Of a DNA stretch of 29,089 bases, positions 1-9,585 are shown one piece after another. Under the pieces are notes generated by a model. That model was not told the origin of the DNA and made no database searches. It saw only the letters and a program-made list of their open reading frames with translations. The first letter of the stretch is position 1. Each line of letters opens with the position of its first letter. The DNA lies in IMG/VR virus record IMGVR_UViG_3300032257_000085, positions 1 to 29,089 of that record; one strand, 5' to 3'. Source of the DNA: a virus (Duplodnaviria > Caudoviricetes). The translations under genes were made by a program, and so were the position numbers.

Positions 1-45
1 TGGTAATTCGCGGCGCGATCTTTTTCTAGCTATAGAGTTTTTTGA
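1..45. other. possible cos-like packaging/terminus site
   Basis: GC-rich dyad TCGCG-G-CGCGA (8-18) in GGTAATTCGCGGCGCGA followed by T-runs, upstream of a gpA-family terminase. The layout is reminiscent of lambda cosN and its flank; not proven. Confidence 0.35.
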
Positions 46-79
46 ACGTGTTAGCACCAGTGATAGGTTTTGCCTATGG

Positions 80-805
80 ATGGTTGCATTGAACCGTGTG
101 TATAATGAGGCTATGAGTGTACAAGTAACCATCAAGCATGACCTTCACGATCTGGCAAAAGATATGCGTGAGGTTTATAAAAAACAAATTCCATTTGTTG
201 TAAATACAGCAATGAATAAATCGATGTTTGAAACAATGAAATATACTCGAAAACAATTTCCGAGATATTTACAAAACCCAGTTGCCTTTACCCGGCGTGG
301 GGTATTGGTTAAAAAATCTAATAAGAAAATTTTAAAGGGTTCAATTTATATTCCAGAAGATCAGTGGAAATATTTAAGGTGGATGATTAAGGGTGGCGTT
401 AAGGCATGGAGTTTAAGCCGGACCGGAATCATTGTGCCAACTAAAAACATGAAGCTTAATAAACACGGTAACATTCCAGGTAAAAACAGGCGGGCTGATT
501 TGTGGCGCTATGGTCATGCCTCTGCAAATAATGAGTTTGTTGTTTTACCAAAAACAAAAGGCAAACTAAGGCCTGGCGTTTATAAGCGAGGGCATATTTC
601 AAAGGCGGGCAAGTTTTCTGCAACAAGAAGTCGCTCAAGTAATATACAGATGATTGCTTCTTTCCAAAAGAAAGTTAATTATAAAAGAAAACAAATGCCT
701 TTTGATCAAATTGTAATAGATAAATTTAACCATGAAATGAATTTGTTTTTACATTCAACATTTGTTCGAGTAATAAAACAAGAAATGGCGAGGCGCGGAA
801 GATGA
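80..805 (+). CDS. basic phage protein, putative tail-completion/neck protein (gpZ / HK97 gp10-like); true start may be ATG at 113
   Basis: 241-aa very basic ORF with KQIPFVVNTAMN and NPVAFTRRGV motifs like those of gpZ-like proteins found near terminase genes. No gpZ-like gene is present in the head-tail cluster. Confidence 0.5.
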   Translation: MVALNRVYNEAMSVQVTIKHDLHDLAKDMREVYKKQIPFVVNTAMNKSMFETMKYTRKQFPRYLQNPVAFTRRGVLVKKSNKKILKGSIYIPEDQWKYLRWMIKGGVKAWSLSRTGIIVPTKNMKLNKHGNIPGKNRRADLWRYGHASANNEFVVLPKTKGKLRPGVYKRGHISKAGKFSATRSRSSNIQMIASFQKKVNYKRKQMPFDQIVIDKFNHEMNLFLHSTFVRVIKQEMARRGR

Positions 806-1383
806 CAATGGTAACTGTTGGTGATCTGGTTGGTCTTATCGGAATGACACCAGCCACAATTCGTAAGCGGTGCGGCGATGTAGCAAAAGAAAAAAACCCG
901 AATGGTCCAGGTAACATCATGCAAAGCAAACCGGCAATCATGGCTTGTCTGGAAATGGGTAAAAAGCAAGAGAAAACACTGGAAGAAGAAAAAATAAAAC
1001 TAACATCGGCTCAAGCTGAAAAAGTCGAGTTAGAGGTTGAAGTGCTTAAAGGTGTTCTGGTTCCAGCCGATGAAATTGAAGAACACCTAAATACTATTTT
1101 TGGTGCGTTCAAAGCAAGGCTGTTGAGCATACCAACAAAGGCAGCGCCATCTGTTATCGGGATTATCAATGTACTGGAAATTGAGGAAGCAATTAAAGAA
1201 TATATTTACGAGGCGCTTGAGGAGTTAAAAGATTATGAGCCGACAGAGCGCGATAGAGAAAATATTAACAAAATCCGTAAAGATACTAGAGCCACCACCG
1301 AAACAAACAGTAAGCCAGTGGTCAGACCAAAAAAGAAAACTAAGCAGCGAAGCAAGCGCCGAACCCGGACAGTGGAACACTGA
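802..1383 (+). CDS. terS: terminase small subunit (Nu1-like)
   Basis: N-terminal wHTH-like segment (TVGDLVGLIGMTPATIRK), then AQAEKVELEV...LVPADEIE typical of Nu1-like proteins; lies directly upstream of terL. Confidence 0.85.
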   Translation: MTMVTVGDLVGLIGMTPATIRKRCGDVAKEKNPNGPGNIMQSKPAIMACLEMGKKQEKTLEEEKIKLTSAQAEKVELEVEVLKGVLVPADEIEEHLNTIFGAFKARLLSIPTKAAPSVIGIINVLEIEEAIKEYIYEALEELKDYEPTERDRENINKIRKDTRATTETNSKPVVRPKKKTKQRSKRRTRTVEH

Positions 1384-3121
1384 CAGAGCGCCATATCAAC
1401 GCGGCATTATGGATGCCGTCAATGACTCAAGAGTTAAAGATATAACATGGATGAGTTCAAGCCAGGTCGGTAAGACCGAATTGCTGTTAAATATCATCGG
1501 GTATTTTATGGAATATGACGCATCCCCAATGATGCTACTACAGCCAACGCTTCAAATGGCCGAGGCGTTTTCAAAAGATCGTGTTGCGCCGATGTTAAGA
1601 GATACGCCAGCATTAAAGCATTTGGTAAAAGATGCGCGGGCGCGTGACTCAGGGAATACCCTATTACATAAAACCTTTCCAGGCGGTCACTTAACTATGG
1701 CTGGGTCCAACAGTCCAGCATCATTGGCATCCAGACCGATACGCATATTTTTAGGTGATGAAGTAGATCGATACCCATTATCAGCCGGAACAGAGGGCGA
1801 CCCAGTTAAATTAACAGCCAAGCGAACAACCACCTTCTGGAATCGCAAGATGTTTTTAACATCGACACCAACTATCAAAGGCGTATCACGTATTGAAATG
1901 GCTTATGATGCGTCAGATCAGCGCCGGTATCATGTGCCATGCCCGCATTGTGAAGAGAAAGCGCCGTTAAAATGGTCACAAATAAACTGGGATAAAGACA
2001 AAAAGGGTAAGCATTTACCAGAAACGGCTCGTTATGTTTGTGAGTCGTGCGGGGCTGAGTGGGATGATCATCAAAAAATAGTACAAATGAAGAAAGGCGG
2101 CGAATGGATTGCCGATGCTGAGTTCAAAGGTAAAGCGGGATTTCACTTAAACGAATTGTATAGCCCCTGGGTTAAGTGGTCCGAGGTCGTTGAAAACTTC
2201 TTAGAATCAAAAGACGATACTGAATTATTAAAAACATGGACTAATACATCGTTGGGGGAAACCTTTGATGATGATATGGGCGAAACCCTTGACCCAAGCT
2301 TACTGTATCAGCGCCGTGAAGAATATACAGAACAAGTACCTGAAAAAGCACTGGTACTGACAATGGGGGTAGATACCCAGGATGACAGGCTGGAATTAGA
2401 AGTTATTGGCTGGAATCGAAGCGAATCATGGAATGTTGATTACCGCGTATTGCATGGCGACCCATCACAGCCGCAGGTATGGGAAGAATTAGATGAAATA
2501 TTAGACAGTACATATCAGCATGAAAGTGGTACAATGCTGCATATTGCGGCCACTTGTATCGATTCAGGCGGTCATCATACTCAGATGGTTTACGACTATT
2601 GCAGAAAGAGAAAGCAAAAACGTGTATTTGCAATTAAAGGGGTTGGTGGAGCTGGCAGGCCAATTGTTTCAGCACCTACCGCAAAACAATCAGGTCGTAA
2701 TAAACGGAAAGTTGAGCTTTATACCGTTGGTGTTGATGACGCTAAATCAAATCTCTATTCTAATCTCAATCAAGCTATGGGCGGCGCGGGATATTGTCAT
2801 TTCCCGTTGGCAAGGGATGAGGAATTTTTTGCACAGCTTACAGCCGAAAAGGTTGTTACTAAATTCAGAAAAGGTTTTCCGTATCGTGAGTGGATTAAAG
2901 TCCGCCCCAGGAATGAGGCCATTGATTGCCGTGTTTATGGCACTGCCGCTAAGTACATACTTAATCCGTTATGGTCTGCTTTAGAGAAACGATTGATGCC
3001 AGAAGTCGAAGAAGAAGTGATTGAGAAAACAAGAGCTGAGGAAGTGAAAGCTGAAATCAACGCGACCCGAAAAGTCAGACGTAACCGCAACAAGAAATCA
3101 GGTTTTGTAAGGAACTGGTAA
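1235..3121 (+). CDS. terL: terminase large subunit, lambda gpA family
   Basis: Walker A SSQVGKTE, Walker B DEVDRYP, STPT coupling motif, CPHC/CESC Zn motif, nuclease motifs GVDTQDDRLE, CIDSGG and RNEAIDC. Confidence 0.97.
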   Translation: MSRQSAIEKILTKSVKILEPPPKQTVSQWSDQKRKLSSEASAEPGQWNTDRAPYQRGIMDAVNDSRVKDITWMSSSQVGKTELLLNIIGYFMEYDASPMMLLQPTLQMAEAFSKDRVAPMLRDTPALKHLVKDARARDSGNTLLHKTFPGGHLTMAGSNSPASLASRPIRIFLGDEVDRYPLSAGTEGDPVKLTAKRTTTFWNRKMFLTSTPTIKGVSRIEMAYDASDQRRYHVPCPHCEEKAPLKWSQINWDKDKKGKHLPETARYVCESCGAEWDDHQKIVQMKKGGEWIADAEFKGKAGFHLNELYSPWVKWSEVVENFLESKDDTELLKTWTNTSLGETFDDDMGETLDPSLLYQRREEYTEQVPEKALVLTMGVDTQDDRLELEVIGWNRSESWNVDYRVLHGDPSQPQVWEELDEILDSTYQHESGTMLHIAATCIDSGGHHTQMVYDYCRKRKQKRVFAIKGVGGAGRPIVSAPTAKQSGRNKRKVELYTVGVDDAKSNLYSNLNQAMGGAGYCHFPLARDEEFFAQLTAEKVVTKFRKGFPYREWIKVRPRNEAIDCRVYGTAAKYILNPLWSALEKRLMPEVEEEVIEKTRAEEVKAEINATRKVRRNRNKKSGFVRNW

Positions 3122-3122
3122 T

Positions 3123-3683
3123 ATGAGTACAACTATTCCAACAGTTGAGCCGGATGATTTTATTGCTGGTGATACGGTCAAATGGACCAAAAGCGTATCT
3201 GATTATAAACCAGAAGATTCATGGGTATTAACCTATTATTTTATTAAGTCTGGTGAACAGCAAAAAGTAACGGCAACAGATAACGGTGATTCAAAACATC
3301 TGGTTACTTTAACCGCAGCAGTCACAGCAGATTGGGTTCCCGGTGAATATAAGTGGCAGGCCGTTGTTACTAAAACAACAGAGCGTTATCCGGTTGATAG
3401 TGGTTCGCTGACGGTCAATAGAGATTTTGCACAAGACATATCAGGCCATGACAGCCGAACTTATTGGGAAACTGTTTTAGAGAATGTTAAAGCGGTTTTA
3501 GAAGATAGAGCGACCAAAGATCAATCAAGCTATACGATTCATGGCAGGCAGTTATCACGTACACCAATGGGTGATTTACTGGCTCTGTATTCAAGAGCTG
3601 AGGGTGAAGTGGCAAAAGAAAAACGCGCAGAAGCAATTGCGAATGGTAACGGGCATAGCGGTAAAATCCTAACGAGATTCTAA
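3123..3683 (+). CDS. head-tail adaptor, gpW-like, with N-terminal beta-sandwich extension
   Basis: Lies between terL and portal; C-terminal SYTIHGRQLSR..L..L motif of gpW-like proteins. Confidence 0.75.
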   Translation: MSTTIPTVEPDDFIAGDTVKWTKSVSDYKPEDSWVLTYYFIKSGEQQKVTATDNGDSKHLVTLTAAVTADWVPGEYKWQAVVTKTTERYPVDSGSLTVNRDFAQDISGHDSRTYWETVLENVKAVLEDRATKDQSSYTIHGRQLSRTPMGDLLALYSRAEGEVAKEKRAEAIANGNGHSGKILTRF

Positions 3684-3684
3684 T

Positions 3685-5190
3685 ATGTTTAATTTATTTA
3701 AAAGAAAACAAAAAACCGTAAAACGCCAGCACCATTATAAAAAGCGCAATTCATTTGAAGGCGCTCAAACATCATCAATCACGTATAGCTGGACCACAAC
3801 ACCCCAGCCGATTAATGAAGTTATCAAGAAAAACCTGAAAACATTGCGGGCGCGTAGTCGTGAACAACAGTTTAATAATGATTATGCCCGCCGGTTTATT
3901 GGTATGTGTAAATCAAATGTTGTTGGTGATAACGGAATTGTTTTACAGGCAAAATCAAAATCTAAAAACGGTGAGCTGGATGTAATGGCGAACCAGGCCA
4001 TTGAAGCTGCGTGGAAAGATTGGAGCAAAAAAGATAACTGCGATATTAAAGGTCGTTGTTCGCGTGATGAATTAGAGCGTTTATTTATCAGTACGGTTGG
4101 TGGTGATGGCGAATGTATTGTTCAATTGCTATACGGTAAATCACTTAACAAGTATGGTTTTGCTTTAAAGTTCATTGATGCCGAGTTATTAGACGTTGAC
4201 TTGAATGAGGATGTTCGCGGCTCAAATAATAAAATTAAATTAGGTATCGAAGTTAATCAGCACGACAAACCAGTTGCTTATTATTTCAAACAAACATCTG
4301 GTGATTATTATTACAACGGAAAGTTTTACACAAGGGTTCCAGCAAAAGATATTATTCATGGATTCATTACTGAGTATGTAGATCAGATGCGCGGGATTCC
4401 CTGGATGAGTACCGCTTTACTCAGACTGAATATGTTAGGTGGTTTTGAAAATGCGGCTTTAGTTAATGCGCGTGTTGGCGCATCTAAAATGGGATTTTTT
4501 ACATCTGATTCAGGCGATGAGTTTAAAGGCGATGGTACAGATGCCGAAGGCAATACGATTTCAGAATCAGAGCCGGGTACGTTTGAGCAGTTAGCAGCAG
4601 GAACATCTTTCCAGGCTTTTGACCCTGCATACCCTAATGGTGAATATACTTATTTCTTAAAGGGCATGTTGCGCGGTATCGCTTCTGGTTTAGGTGCAAA
4701 CTACAACACATTAGCCAATGATCTTGAGGGCGTTAATTATTCTTCACTGCGAGAAGGCGCGATAAATGAACGTGAAATATGGAAATTATTACAAAAATGG
4801 ATGATTAGTTCATTTTCAGATATAATTTACAACAAATGGCTTGAACGGGTAATTTTATCCCCAGGCATTCCGATTGGTAATTCACGCTTACAGCCTGAAT
4901 ATATCGATAAATATCGGGATGTTCATTTTCAGGGCAAGCGTTGGCAGTGGGTAGACCCGTTAAAAGAAATGAACGGGAACCAGGCTGCAATAGACGCTAA
5001 AATCAAAAGTCGTTCTCAGATTATCAGAGCGAATGGTGATGACCCTGATGAAGTGTGGCGCGAAATTGAGCGTGAAAACAAGATGCTGGATTCTATGGGT
5101 TTAACGCCAGAACCAGCAAAAGCGGAAGAAAAGCCGAACAAGCCAGAGGAAAAAGAAGATGACGACGAAAAAGACGACGAAGAAGATTAA
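3685..5190 (+). CDS. portal protein, lambda family
   Basis: LRARSRE..NNDYA, QMRGIPW, GVNYSSLR and WQWVDPLKE motifs; 501 aa. Confidence 0.96.
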   Translation: MFNLFKRKQKTVKRQHHYKKRNSFEGAQTSSITYSWTTTPQPINEVIKKNLKTLRARSREQQFNNDYARRFIGMCKSNVVGDNGIVLQAKSKSKNGELDVMANQAIEAAWKDWSKKDNCDIKGRCSRDELERLFISTVGGDGECIVQLLYGKSLNKYGFALKFIDAELLDVDLNEDVRGSNNKIKLGIEVNQHDKPVAYYFKQTSGDYYYNGKFYTRVPAKDIIHGFITEYVDQMRGIPWMSTALLRLNMLGGFENAALVNARVGASKMGFFTSDSGDEFKGDGTDAEGNTISESEPGTFEQLAAGTSFQAFDPAYPNGEYTYFLKGMLRGIASGLGANYNTLANDLEGVNYSSLREGAINEREIWKLLQKWMISSFSDIIYNKWLERVILSPGIPIGNSRLQPEYIDKYRDVHFQGKRWQWVDPLKEMNGNQAAIDAKIKSRSQIIRANGDDPDEVWREIERENKMLDSMGLTPEPAKAEEKPNKPEEKEDDDEKDDEED

Positions 5191-7000
5191 ATCAGACGGT
5201 TTGTTATGCCGGACGGTTCAAATCAATCGTGCGAATATTGATGAAGATACCCGCACTGTACAATTGTCTTTTAGTTCAGAAGCGCCGGTAGAACGGTGGT
5301 TCGGAAACGAGATTTTAGACCATGACCCTAAATCAGTCCGAATGGACCGGATTAAAAGTGGTGGTCCATTATTAAACGAACACAATCCCAGGGAACACAT
5401 TGGGGTAGTTGAGTCTGTTGACATTGGCAGCGACCGCAGGGGTACAGCCGATGTCCGTTTTAGTGAAAACGAAGATGCAGATAAAATCTATCGTGATGTA
5501 TTAAGTGGGATTAAATCAAATGTATCTGTAGGTTATCGGATACATAAAGCGGTACTCGAAGAAGAAAACAGTGAAGGTCCTGATACATATCGTGTAAACG
5601 ATTGGGAAATTCTTGAGATTTCAATGGTGAGTATGCCTGCTGATATTTCAGTTGGTGTAGGTCGCTCTGAGTCAATTTCTTCCGAGTTCGATATTGAAAC
5701 AATTTCAGAGGTTAGAACAATGGACCCAAAAGATAAAGATACCCCAGCAAAGACCGAGAAAAAGGTTGATGTTGCTGCTATTGAAACAGCGGCGCGTGAT
5801 ACTGCTATTTCTGCGGAACGTGCGCGTACAGGTCGCATTACTAAGATCGGTTCGCAATACGGCGGCGAAGAACTGGCTCGTCAATTCGTTGAAAACGGTA
5901 AATCCGTTGATGAGTTTATGGATGCGCTGGCTGAACAACGCGGCGAAACTGCTGCTAAAGCAAAGGCTGATGGAAACCTAATTGAGTCGCCATCTACTGA
6001 GCTTGGTTTGTCACGCAATGAAACAGAAAATTACTCTCTTATGAGAGCGTTAAATGCTTCATTAACTGGTGATTGGGGCAAGGCTGAGTTTGAGCGTCAA
6101 TGTTCGGTTGAAATCGAAGATAAAATTGGTCGTGAAGCACGAGGCTTCTTTGTTCCTTACGAAGTGCAAGCGCGTACAATGAATGTCGGCACAGATACAG
6201 CCGGTGGTTATATTGTGCAGACTGACGAAGGCGGCATGATTGATTTGTTACGAGCAAACACTGTTTTGGGTGCTGCTGGTGCGAGTTTCTTGCCAGGTCT
6301 GGTCGGTGATGTTGCTATTCCTAAGCAAACAGGCGCTTCAACTTTCTACTGGTTAGGTGAAGATGAAGATGGTACTGATTCAGAGCCAACATTAGGCCAA
6401 GTTCTTTTAATGCCTAAAACGTGCGCGGGTGCAGTACCAATGACTCGTAAGCTGATGAAGCAATCTAGCCCATCGGTTGAAGCGTTGGTTCAGAATGATC
6501 TAAATCGAGGCATGGCGCTTGCGATTGATCTTGCTGGTCTAAATGGTACAGGTGTTGATGGTCAGCCATTAGGTATTTTGAATACTACTGGTATAGAAAC
6601 TTCAACAATTGCCTCTCCTGGTTCACCTACATGGGTTGAAACAGTTGAGTTTGAAAGTGATGTTGATACAGCAAACGCCCTAACTGGCAGCTTAAATTGG
6701 GTTACTACTCCTGCTGTAAGAGGCACGATGAAAACTACGGCTAAAGATTCTGGTTCGGGTTTGTTTGTTTCCTCTTCCGATAATACCGTTAATGGTTATG
6801 ATGTCTTGACTTCTACACAAATGCCAACAAATGGCATTCTGTTTGGTGATTTCTCAAGCTGTATGATCGGTATGTGGGGTGTGCTTGACCTAATGGCTGA
6901 CACGGCAACTAAAGCCGCGTCAGGTGGTCTGGTACTTCGTGTATTCCAGGATGTTGATGTTGGTGTACGCCATATTGAATCATTCTGTAGGAATGCCTAA
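5159..7000 (+). CDS. prohead protease (HK97-type) fused to HK97-fold major capsid protein
   Basis: Protease motifs SFSSE.PV.R, LLNEHN, VSVGYRI, EISMVSMPAD; capsid motifs AGGYIV, GTG..GQPLGILN, LFGDFS. Confidence 0.93.
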   Translation: MTTKKTTKKIKSDGLLCRTVQINRANIDEDTRTVQLSFSSEAPVERWFGNEILDHDPKSVRMDRIKSGGPLLNEHNPREHIGVVESVDIGSDRRGTADVRFSENEDADKIYRDVLSGIKSNVSVGYRIHKAVLEEENSEGPDTYRVNDWEILEISMVSMPADISVGVGRSESISSEFDIETISEVRTMDPKDKDTPAKTEKKVDVAAIETAARDTAISAERARTGRITKIGSQYGGEELARQFVENGKSVDEFMDALAEQRGETAAKAKADGNLIESPSTELGLSRNETENYSLMRALNASLTGDWGKAEFERQCSVEIEDKIGREARGFFVPYEVQARTMNVGTDTAGGYIVQTDEGGMIDLLRANTVLGAAGASFLPGLVGDVAIPKQTGASTFYWLGEDEDGTDSEPTLGQVLLMPKTCAGAVPMTRKLMKQSSPSVEALVQNDLNRGMALAIDLAGLNGTGVDGQPLGILNTTGIETSTIASPGSPTWVETVEFESDVDTANALTGSLNWVTTPAVRGTMKTTAKDSGSGLFVSSSDNTVNGYDVLTSTQMPTNGILFGDFSSCMIGMWGVLDLMADTATKAASGGLVLRVFQDVDVGVRHIESFCRNA

Positions 7001-7006
7001 ATAGGG

Positions 7007-7031
7007 TAGGGGGTGGTAACATCCCCTATTT
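7007..7031 (+). terminator. stem-loop after capsid gene (weak intrinsic terminator or stabiliser)
   Basis: TAGGGGGTG-GTAA-CATCCCCTA, a 9-bp stem with a GNRA loop, followed by TTT. Confidence 0.65.
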
Positions 7032-7034
7032 AAA

Positions 7035-7346
7035 ATGATGCCAGAAATCGAAATCGAAATCACAGCAAACACGGTCTGTAACGGCGAAACAGTTTATGTG
7101 GGTGATGAAATCACTACAGATAAACGCCAGGCAGACATACTGATCAAAGCGGATAAAGCAAAAATTGCTGGTGTAACTTTAGCTAAACTTGAAGCGAGAG
7201 CCGAAAGAAAGCTTGAAGAAGCGGCTGCGGCGGAGGAAGAAGTTAAAAAAGCCAAAGCAGCAGAAGCCAAAAAAGCAGCGAAGGCCGATAAAACGGCAAA
7301 AACTGATGCAAAAAAAGCTGAATCTAAAACCGGAAAAGAGGAATAA
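7035..7346 (+). CDS. head-associated small protein with Ala/Lys/Glu-rich C-terminal tail
   Basis: Immediately after the capsid gene; N-terminal ...GETVYVGDEI...A..LI...KA pattern; low-complexity AK-rich tail. Confidence 0.6.
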   Translation: MMPEIEIEITANTVCNGETVYVGDEITTDKRQADILIKADKAKIAGVTLAKLEARAERKLEEAAAAEEEVKKAKAAEAKKAAKADKTAKTDAKKAESKTGKEE

Positions 7347-7348
7347 CC

Positions 7349-7786
7349 ATGTCTATCATTAAAGACTTTTCAAACAGCCTGGATGATAACGCATCACTTG
7401 TAGCACAAGTTGTTACTGCCGATGCCTTAAGTTCAGCGCTTGATTTACAACAATATGCAAATGGGGCTTTCCTGTTTTGTATTGGTGACTCAGGCGATAC
7501 GCTTTCAGGTTCAGTTTATATTGAACTTGAACTTCAAGAATCAGATGATGATTCTACCTATACGGCATGTGCTGATGCTGACGTTAAAAACACAGTGACA
7601 GGTACTAATACTGGTACAGTTGCCGTTATTAACGCACCAACAGAAGATCAACTGACTGTTTGGGGTGAATACACTGGTACTAAGCGTTATATCAAAGCTA
7701 ACGTCAATGTAACTGGCACTCACACCAATGGTACGCCGATTGCTGTTGTAGGCTTCCGTACTAATCCAGGTGAGTTACCTGTTTAA
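7349..7786 (+). CDS. putative capsid decoration/cement protein
   Basis: 145-aa beta-rich protein with LQESDD..TYT and KRYIK motifs, in the post-capsid position. Confidence 0.55.
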   Translation: MSIIKDFSNSLDDNASLVAQVVTADALSSALDLQQYANGAFLFCIGDSGDTLSGSVYIELELQESDDDSTYTACADADVKNTVTGTNTGTVAVINAPTEDQLTVWGEYTGTKRYIKANVNVTGTHTNGTPIAVVGFRTNPGELPV

Positions 7787-8061
7787 TGGCACTGGAATCT
7801 GATGCTGACAGAGTTGGTATGCTGTCTGATTTTGGCGAGAATTATGTAGTCAATAACAAGACATATACCGGCATATTCGACAATGAGTACATTGAAGAAT
7901 TAAATATGTCAGGGTCGGTTCCTATCCTTAATTGCAGGACGAAAGATGTTGCCACAGTAGATCGTGGCGACACTCTTCATGTAAGAGAAGCTAATTACAC
8001 GGTTAAAGAAAAACAACCGGACGAATTAGGTTTAACGATTCTTATATTGCAGAAACAATGA
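7786..8061 (+). CDS. head-tail joining / head closure protein (gpFII-like)
   Basis: 91 aa with GIFDNEY, RGDTL and YTVKEKQPDELGLT motifs; synteny. Confidence 0.75.
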   Translation: MALESDADRVGMLSDFGENYVVNNKTYTGIFDNEYIEELNMSGSVPILNCRTKDVATVDRGDTLHVREANYTVKEKQPDELGLTILILQKQ

Positions 8062-8495
8062 CGCATCGCGCAGAAAACATAATGGATGCTGTCACAACGA
8101 CAGTAACCGGGCTAACAACAACCGGAACAAGGGTTGTAAGAGGCCGTGTTTATTCAGTAGAAACCGCCCCAGCATTAACGGTTGAAATGGGTAGTGATTT
8201 TGTTGATCGTGAAACATCGGACTTTGTTAATGCAAATCGAACTTTAGTTGTAAAAATTACCGCTATAGTCAAAGCCAATTCCGAACCAGATTCACAATTA
8301 AATACTATCCGTGAAGAAGTTTATAATGCGTTATTAGCTGATCGTACATTAGGTGCAACGGCTGGTGTTATTGATGTTTGGCTTGATACAGATGATGAGC
8401 CGGAATTAAGTTCCGAAGCTGATCAAACAATAGGTAAGCAACAAATGAATTATATGGTAAAATACCGACATTCATACACCGATGCAGGCGCATAA
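8058..8495 (+). CDS. tail terminator (gpU-like)
   Basis: 145-aa acidic protein just before the tail tube; MTHRAENIMDAV and ALLADRTLG motifs. Confidence 0.7.
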   Translation: MTHRAENIMDAVTTTVTGLTTTGTRVVRGRVYSVETAPALTVEMGSDFVDRETSDFVNANRTLVVKITAIVKANSEPDSQLNTIREEVYNALLADRTLGATAGVIDVWLDTDDEPELSSEADQTIGKQQMNYMVKYRHSYTDAGA

Positions 8496-8496
8496 A

Positions 8497-8622
8497 ATGG
8501 CTGAGAATAAACGCGAAACTTTAATACCCAGGGGTGAGCGAAAGAAACAAAAAGCCGCCGCCGAAAAATCAAAACCAAAATCGAAACCAGTAGAGGAAAG
8601 AGAAGATGCTGACAAGTCGTGA
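8497..8622 (+). CDS. 41-aa charged hypothetical protein (absent from ORF track)
   Basis: ATG 8497 to TGA 8622, MAENKRETLIPRGERKKQK...; fills the gap between terminator and tube genes. Confidence 0.5.
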   Translation: MAENKRETLIPRGERKKQKAAAEKSKPKSKPVEEREDADKS

Positions 8623-9538
8623 AGTAATCCTTTGCAAAGAGGAATCCACTTATAATACCGATTCAGCACCTACCGCTTCTGCTGACGCTATTTTAATATC
8701 TAATCCATCGTGGGCCAATGAAGGTTTACGAATGAATGAGCGGGATGTTGTTAAAAAGACACTCGGAAAGAAAAAGAGTATTTACGGTGGTTCATTAAAA
8801 ACCGTTACTTTTGATGTTGAAATAAAAGGTTCAGGTACAGCCGGTACAGCACCCGATTTAGGTGTATTACTGGAAATTTGTGGCATGACTGAAACGGTTG
8901 TTGCTTCTACCTCTGTTACTTATGCCCCCGAATCAGACCCAGCATCAATGAAATCAGGTACATTATGGTATTACCAGGACGGTTTAATTCATAAATTAAC
9001 AGGTTGTCGTGGTAATTTCAGTGCAAATCTGGAAACAGGTAATGTTGGTATGTTCTCGTTTACGATTACAGGCCATTCTGTTGCGCCGATTGATGGCGCG
9101 ATTGTGACACCTACTGTTGATGCAACAGACCCAGTTTCTATTAAAGGTACATCATTTACAATTGATTCGTATGCAGCAACTATCAACTCATTAGCGTTTG
9201 ATATGTCAAATACAGTGGCAATGCCGGCTGATATGAATGCTACTGACGGCTATGGTGAAATATTTGTAGCCCAGCGTGATATTAATGGTACTTTTGACCC
9301 TGAAATGGAACTGGTTGCTACCGAAGATTTTGATGGTAATTTCAGATCAGGCGCGGCAATGGCCTTAACTACTGGTGCGATTGGTGCAACGGCTGGAAAC
9401 ATCCTTACAGTGACTATGCCTGCTGTTTCATACCGTGATATTTCCCCAGGTGATCGTGATGGTATCAGAACCTATGAATTGGCTTATGGTGCGGCTGAAT
9501 CATCTGGTGATGACGGCGTGAGTATCGCTTTCACGTAA
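8606..9538 (+). CDS. major tail tube protein (non-contractile tail)
   Basis: 310 aa beginning MLTSREVILCKEESTYNTD; HKLTGCRGNF motif; precedes the chaperone and tape measure; no sheath gene. Confidence 0.85.
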   Translation: MLTSREVILCKEESTYNTDSAPTASADAILISNPSWANEGLRMNERDVVKKTLGKKKSIYGGSLKTVTFDVEIKGSGTAGTAPDLGVLLEICGMTETVVASTSVTYAPESDPASMKSGTLWYYQDGLIHKLTGCRGNFSANLETGNVGMFSFTITGHSVAPIDGAIVTPTVDATDPVSIKGTSFTIDSYAATINSLAFDMSNTVAMPADMNATDGYGEIFVAQRDINGTFDPEMELVATEDFDGNFRSGAAMALTTGAIGATAGNILTVTMPAVSYRDISPGDRDGIRTYELAYGAAESSGDDGVSIAFT

Positions 9539-9585
9539 AAATGGGTGCATAATACCTATCTTTATAATATAAAAATAGGTGATTT

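Noticed and set aside
7044-7061. (GAAATC)3 microsatellite; similar short duplications near 23577 and 26678-26740
   Set aside because: In-frame short coding repeats with no phase-variation potential
8201-8216. TGTTGATCGTGAAACA, parS-like
   Set aside because: Only the right half-site matches, with two core mismatches, inside a CDS; plausible by chance
9529-9540. TTTCACGTAAAA, parS-like core at the end of the tube gene
   Set aside because: Several mismatches including the outer GT/AC bases
9542-9569. GGGTGCATAA XerC-like arm
   Set aside because: No XerD arm; better explained by the SD hairpin
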